A stretch of DNA of 64,000 bases, taken from NCBI RefSeq assembly GCF_006345805.1, contig NC_043011.1, forward strand, positions 27,230,464 through 27,294,463, in the 5' to 3' direction. How positions within the stretch are numbered: position 1 is the first letter of the stretch; each line of letters begins with the position of its first letter. This DNA is from Octopus sinensis. Its lineage: Eukaryota. The position numbers and the translations under genes are program-made. The notes under the pieces are model-generated. The model was not told where the DNA came from. It worked only from the letters and a program-made list of their open reading frames with translations, and made no database searches. Positions 58,368-64,000 of this stretch are shown in pieces.

Positions 58368-58789
58368 GCTTCTCTCATGCTCCGTCTGCCAAGTCGACTC
58401 ACTTGTCTTTGGTCGGCGGCCCGAGCCTATAGTAGAAGACTGTAGCCTACGATGCCACGCAGAGGGACTGAATCCGGAATCATGTGGGGAAACAAGCTTC
58501 TTACCACATAGCCATGCTTGGCAAAGATAAAAGTTTTGTATATATGATGATGGTTGCTTCCTTTGATTTCGATGTATGAGTGTTTGAGGGAGAAGATTTA
58601 AGGATTAAAAGAGGTGGAAAAAAGAGAATTCAACATTTATAAAGAAAAGAAACAAAATATGTTGCAACTATTTGCGATGGATGTGTGAATGTAATTTGAA
58701 TCCAGGTACAGATTTTGCTATGAAGTCGTAGTGGGATCACTGATGGTTTTGATTTTGCCTGCGAGTGGGAAAATATGCTTGCTGATTGT

Positions 58790-59210
58790 TGGATAGAATT
58801 CTTTCATTGGACTTTTTCTTCAACTTAAATTGTTTGCATGCATCATGACACATTTTACGTCACCAAGACGTCAAGTTAAGGTGTAGAGATTTTAGTGATT
58901 ACTTCAACTTATCCTTATAATTAAGGACAGGTCTTCCTTTACCGCGATATCCCTCCACGTATTGTCCATACAAAAAAATTTTTGGAATGCGGTCATTTTC
59001 CATTCGAAGAACATCTGCATTGAATTCTCACCCGCATGGTTTTGATACTGGAGATATCACATTTTTCTAAGATTTTGACATTTGATATCTTATGTTGCCA
59101 TTTTATATTACAGATATTGTGCAGAAAGCACATACGAAAGGTTTCAAGTTCCTTTATATATCTGTAGTAGGGAGTCCATGCCTCCTCCCTATACAAAAGT
59201 GTGCTCAAAA
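58790..59210 (-). mobile_element. RTE-clade LINE fragment (post-RT region)
   Basis: STLLYREEAWTPY...LETFRMCFLHNICNIKWQHKISNVKILEK resembles the LLYG.E.W...L..F...CLR.I..I.WQD...N..VL motif. Confidence 0.8.
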
Positions 59211-59229
59211 TACAAGATTTATATTATTT

Positions 59230-59537
59230 TTTTTATTTATGCGTCCTTTTCAAGCCTAACCAGGCTCATGGGCCCGGTTTCCCGATTTTTATGGCGTATG
59301 TGTTCCCTCCAGCTGGACGGGTCGCCAGTCCCTCGCAGCGTTATTCAAGAAAGAGGAAGAAAGAGTGAGAGAAAGTTGAGGCGAAAGATCGGGATCGCCA
59401 CCACCCCCTGCCGGAGCCTCGTGGATCTTTAGGTGTTTTCGCTCAATAAACACACACAACGCCCGGTCTGGGAATCGAAACCGCGATCCTCCGACCGCGA
59501 GTTCGCTGCCCTAATCACTGGGCCATTGCGCCTCCAC
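59230..59537 (-). mobile_element. tRNA-derived SINE, head H2 plus tail T3
   Basis: Head shared with 10900-11083; different 3' part GGACTGGCGACCCGTCCAG...GAAACCGGGCCCATGAGCC and A-rich end. Confidence 0.85.
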
Positions 59538-59654
59538 CGAGATTTATATACACTTATTTTAGTTTTCAGACTGACACCGAGTTCATCTCACAGATAATGG
59601 GAAAGTTTTCCAAAAGCACTAGTAACCTTATTTATATGGCAACCGAATATAATA

Positions 59655-60678
59655 ATATTGGTTTCAAATTTTGGCACAATGCCAATAAGTTTGGAGGAGG
59701 GGTGAGTCGATTACAACTACCCCAGTGCTCAACTGGTACTTACTTTATCAACCCCGAAAGGATGAAAGGCAAAGTTGACCTCGGCGAAATTTATTGAATG
59801 TAATAATCCTTTCTACTAAAGGCACAAAGCCTGAAATTCTGTGTGTGTGTATGTGTGTGTGTGTGTGGGGGGTACTAGTCAGTTACATCGACCCCAGTAT
59901 TTCACTGGTACTTAATTTATCGACTCCAAAAGTATGAAAGGCAAAGTCGACTTTGGCGGAATTTGAACTCAGAACGTAAAGACGGACGAAATGCTGCTAA
60001 GCATTTTGCCCCCCGTGCTAACGATTCTGCCAGTGCGCCGCCTTTTATTGAATGTAATAATATTTATTTCAAGTTTTGGTACAAGGCCAGCAATGTCAGG
60101 GGAGGGGATAAATCTATTAAATCGAACCCAGTGTTCAACTGGTACTTATTTTATCGACACCGAAAGGATGCAAAGCAAAGTCGACCTTGGCGAAATTTAT
60201 TGAATGTAATAATCCTTTCTACTAAAGGCACAAAGCCTGAAATTCTGTGTGTGTGTATGTGGGGGGGGGGTACTAGTCGGTTACATCGACCCCAGTATTT
60301 CACTGGTACTTAATTTATTGACTCCAAAAGTATGAAAGGCAAAGTCGACCTTGGCGGAATTTGAACTCAGAACGTAAAGACGGACAAAATGCTGCTAAGC
60401 ATTTTGCCCCCCCGTGCTAACGATTCTGCCAGTGCGCCGCCTTTTATTGAATGTAATAATATTTATTTCAAGTTTTGGTACAAGGCCAGCAATGTCAGGG
60501 GAGGGGGTAAATCTATTAAATCGAACCCAGTGTTCAACTGGTACTTATTTTATCGACACCGAAAGGATGAAAAGCAAAGTCGACCTTGGCGGTATTTGGA
60601 TTCTGAACTTAAGAGCAGACGAAATGCCGCTAGTCATTTTGCGCGGCGTGCTAACGATTCTGCCATCCCACCGTCTTA
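59655..60678 (-). mobile_element. Array of five SINE family C units including a recent ~407-bp tandem duplication
   Basis: 59791-60197 repeated almost identically from 60198. Confidence 0.85.
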
Positions 60679-60697
60679 AAAAGGAATAAAAGATATT

Positions 60698-60807
60698 TAC
60701 AGCACTTTGGTTTCTCAAGCGGTCACCCATCTAAGTACTAACTAGGCTCGACGTTGCTTCACTTCGGTGATCAGACGCGAACTAGTGTTTTCAACGTGAT
60801 GTGGGCG
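60698..60807 (-). pseudogene. 5S rRNA pseudogene, near full length, diverged
   Basis: Plus strand TACAGCAC...GCGGTCACCCATCTAAGTACTAAC...GATCAGACG matches the reverse complement of metazoan 5S rRNA; both termini eroded. Confidence 0.85.
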
Positions 60808-60827
60808 AAAAAGATTGAATATAGTAA

Positions 60828-61393
60828 TATTCTTTTCTATTCTAGGCACAAGGCCCGAAAGTTTTGGGGAGGGGGCCAGTCGATTAGATCGTCTCCAGCA
60901 CGCAACTGGTACTTAATTTATCGGCCCAGAAAGGATGAAAAGCAAAGCCGACCGCGGTGGTATTTGAACTCAGAACGTAAAGACTGACGAAATACCTATT
61001 TCTTTACTACCCACAAGGGGCTAAACACAGAGAGAATAAACAAGGACAGTCAAAGGGATTAAGTCGATTATATCGACCGCAGTGCGTAACTGGTACTTAT
61101 TTAATCGACTGAGAAAGGATGAAAGGCAAAGTCGATCTCGGCGGAATTTGAACTCAGAACGTAACGGCAGACGAAATATCTATTTCATTACTACCCACAA
61201 GGGGGCTAAACACAGAGAGGATAAACAAGGACAGACAAAGGGATTAAGTGCGTAACTGGTACTTATTTAATCGACCCCGAACGTATGAAAGGGAAAGTCG
61301 ACCTCGGCAGAATTTGAACTCAGAACGAAAGACAGACGAAATACCGCTAAGCATTTCGATCGGCCTGCTAACGTTTCTGCCAGCTCGCCGCCT
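60828..61393 (-). mobile_element. Trimeric array of SINE family C with the same architecture as 19745-20331
   Basis: Head-core-Tx1-like tail, core-Tx1-like tail, core-alternative tail. Confidence 0.85.
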
Positions 61394-61897
61394 GAATATA
61401 GTAATATTAACACACTTGCCGCCATGGGTAATATCTGAAAATATAGCAAGCAATAATTATAATTGAACTTTTATCAAATTACCCATCATGGCAAAAGTGT
61501 ACTTCCTAAGTTACTCGTAAAATAATTGCTTCATCCTTGGTACCTAAAATTACAAACTAACTCGCATATCAGAATATCAAATAAAGAAAAAAACAAAACG
61601 GTTAAAATTAAACAACCGTCTAATTAATTACATATTTCACTCGCAAGAAAATGATGTAAGTAAATGAGAAAAAGAAATTGAAATAATACAAAATTTGTGA
61701 TCGCTGAAAACTCCAGCAATATCTTCTCCACATGCAAAGGCATTCGTTAAAATAATAATAGGGCAATTAGAAGGAATAATAGACGACAAAATAGTCAAGT
61801 CTTCAACTAGTTTTCCCCACGGTTTTACTACTGCTACTACCACCACCACCACCACCACCACCACCACCGCCGCCGCCGCCACCACCACCACCACAAT

Positions 61898-61937
<40 letters not shown>

Positions 61938-61938
61938 G

Positions 61939-61969
<31 letters not shown>

Positions 61970-61999
61970 CACGGCATATTTTCGAGATGTTTACCAACA

Positions 62000-63881
62000 A
62001 TTGCTTTAGCCCCGTGTCGCACTACTTGATTCTGGTTACATTGGTTTAAAATTGTTTTTGCTCTGAAGCAAGGATGTGAACAAGTTGTTACACAAGAGCA
62101 TCCAGCAAAAGTCCCCCGTCATGCTAAGGTTCCGTTTGCCTTGGTAGTTGCTCTCCATCTTTGTAATATCTTGGTGGAACCTTCCTCCAAGCTCATCACT
62201 CACTGCTCCGAGCTCCGAAGGGAAGAATTTGAAATGGGAGTGGAGAAAGTGAATTTTGAGTGTCATTCAGCATCCCATGTCCTCGTAATACTGTAACAAC
62301 TTCTCGATACGCTTTTCGTAATCTAGTACCCGTGTGTTACCAAGGAAGCTATGGCAGATTGACTTAAATGCTTCCCATGCTCTCAGGTAAGAAGCTCCTC
62401 AAAGTCCTTATCCCTCAGCACCTCTCGGATCTGAGGTCCAACGAAAATGCCCTACTTGAGCTTAGCAGAACTCAGAGCTGCGAATAGAGTGCATGAGTGT
62501 TGGCCGGTAGCGCCATTTTGTCCGTGGCCTTACGAAATTCTTCCTTAAACTAAGCTTGATATGAAGAGGAGGAAGACGCACCTTGTTCATGTCCATCAGA
62601 GGATTTTCTTGGACACTGTGTTCACTAGGTACAAAATTGGACCGAGATCCCCAGTCCTTCTGCTTATAGTGCTTGGACACAGCCCGACTGTTCCAGAGAC
62701 AGAGAAAGCAACAGTACTTAGTGAAGCCCGCTTGCATACCCATAAGGAGCCCAATGACCTTGAGGTCTCTGCAGAGACTTCACTGGTACTTGTACTTGAA
62801 AACATTCAAAAAGAGTTCCATATAGTCATACCCACTCCTTCAGATGGACTGAGTTGGCAATGGGAATGCTGGGGTATTTACTTCCATTGTGCAGGAGCAC
62901 AGCCTTCAGACTTCGCTTGGAAGTGTTTATGAAATGACGCCAATCTGAGGGATTGTGTGGGAAACCACAGAAGGTGAACAGGCGAGAGATATTTGTGCAG
63001 TAGCACAACCTGTTTTCCATGTGGAAAAATGAAGCGAAGTCATGGCTTCGTGTCCTGAAACTGGTGATCCTTACATCTGCCTTGACCAAGTTCCATTGCT
63101 TAAGCCGCTGTTTAGATAGATATAAATTACGGGCAAGGTAATCCAGTGGGGCTCGTTTCCACTTGCTACTGAATAAACAGAGACATTTTTTTCAGAAGCG
63201 ATCGACTTGGCAGAATATTCCCATGAAGGCGTCTCTTCATCTGATAAAGGAAGAAGATGCTTATTTTCTGGGGTTGTAGGGACAGGGAAATAATCTGAGT
63301 GGGAAACAGGACTCATAGCTGAGGGAAGGTTGGGATATTTGATCTTTTTTTCTAGAAGAAGCATTGAAAGTTGTTATATTTGTTAGACAAAAAATAACAA
63401 TCATCTGCATGGCTTCGTGGTTCTCTCCAGACCATCGGGACAGCAAAGTTGAATGCTATTTTCTTTCCATTAAACCATGCAGATAGTCAATTGAGGCAGG
63501 GACCAGGATTTGTCCTGATCTCCAAATTTACAGTCAAAATAATGAAAATAAGCAGTTTTCAGGAGGAAGTAATTGTTCGGCGCTGTGCAACTATTGTGAA
63601 ATCCTCACATACGTAGCAGAATGAATTTGCCATGATGATGTATCCTAAGTATTTTGAAGCGCCTGAAGCCATTCTAGAGATATGTATCATATGTATCACA
63701 AAAATCTGGAAAACAAAGTAAAAATTGATCATATACATGGTTATGTGAATTGTCACAAAATCATAATAATGTATATCTCAAAAACTAGAGGTGATGAGTG
63801 AAAACTGGTTGTGTATCTGTAATCAGCATCCCAAAATTAGGCTAGAAGAACTATTTTTATGTTTGCCTCAATAAACCAGTA
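62000..63881 (-). mobile_element. Decayed near full-length Chapaev3-like (CMC) transposase element
   Basis: FCYVCE, GDQDKSW, VPMVWREP..HADDCYFC, YPNLPSA, KRSLKAVLLHNG, KYCCFLCLWNSR, LPPLHIKL, FLHSH...GRFHQDI; terminal-like AATCAGCATCCCAAAATTAG near 63820. Confidence 0.8.
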
Positions 63882-64000
63882 TTACCAACTCCACTGATAT
63901 GTATTTTTAAAGAGAAGGGTAGTCAAATAAAAGCTTAATTCCACGGAGAAAAAGAAATAAACAAATCTTTACATGCAATGACGTTGCAGTGTTATCCGCA

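Noticed and set aside
60698-60807. Functional 5S rRNA gene
   Set aside because: Eroded termini, many substitutions, solitary copy; called a pseudogene
59655-61393. Regularly recurring repeats resembling a CRISPR array
   Set aside because: Units are 150-250-bp SINE copies with no unique spacers or cas genes, in eukaryotic context

Overview
This is AT-rich, microsatellite-dense eukaryotic non-genic DNA. It is probably from an octopod cephalopod, inferred from the tRNA-derived SINE repertoire and repeat landscape. I can support no intact host gene, and most ORF-track entries are microsatellite artefacts. The window is a graveyard of mobile elements: several modular SINE families, Tx1/L1, R4/Dong, CR1, RTE and HERO-like LINE fragments, a Gypsy LTR element, Tc1/mariner/maT and Chapaev3-like DNA transposons, a non-autonomous Helitron and a 5S rRNA pseudogene. 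The main unexplained signal is about nine minimal type-I hammerhead-ribozyme (HHR) motifs of Penelope/retrozyme style. They lie in otherwise unrelated short elements, mostly within or beside (TA)n tracts. One is a ~400-nt monomer plus a partial repeat whose 5' end falls at the predicted self-cleavage site, and several carry a recurrent CCGANGA core variant. Other notable points are a 2.3-kb inversion that splits both a Gypsy element and a SINE, microsatellite-flanked LINEs, SINEs that swap heads and tails, and SINE trimers with a Tx1-like tail. Coordinates were read by eye and are approximate to a few bases. Family names come from recalled motifs, not database searches.
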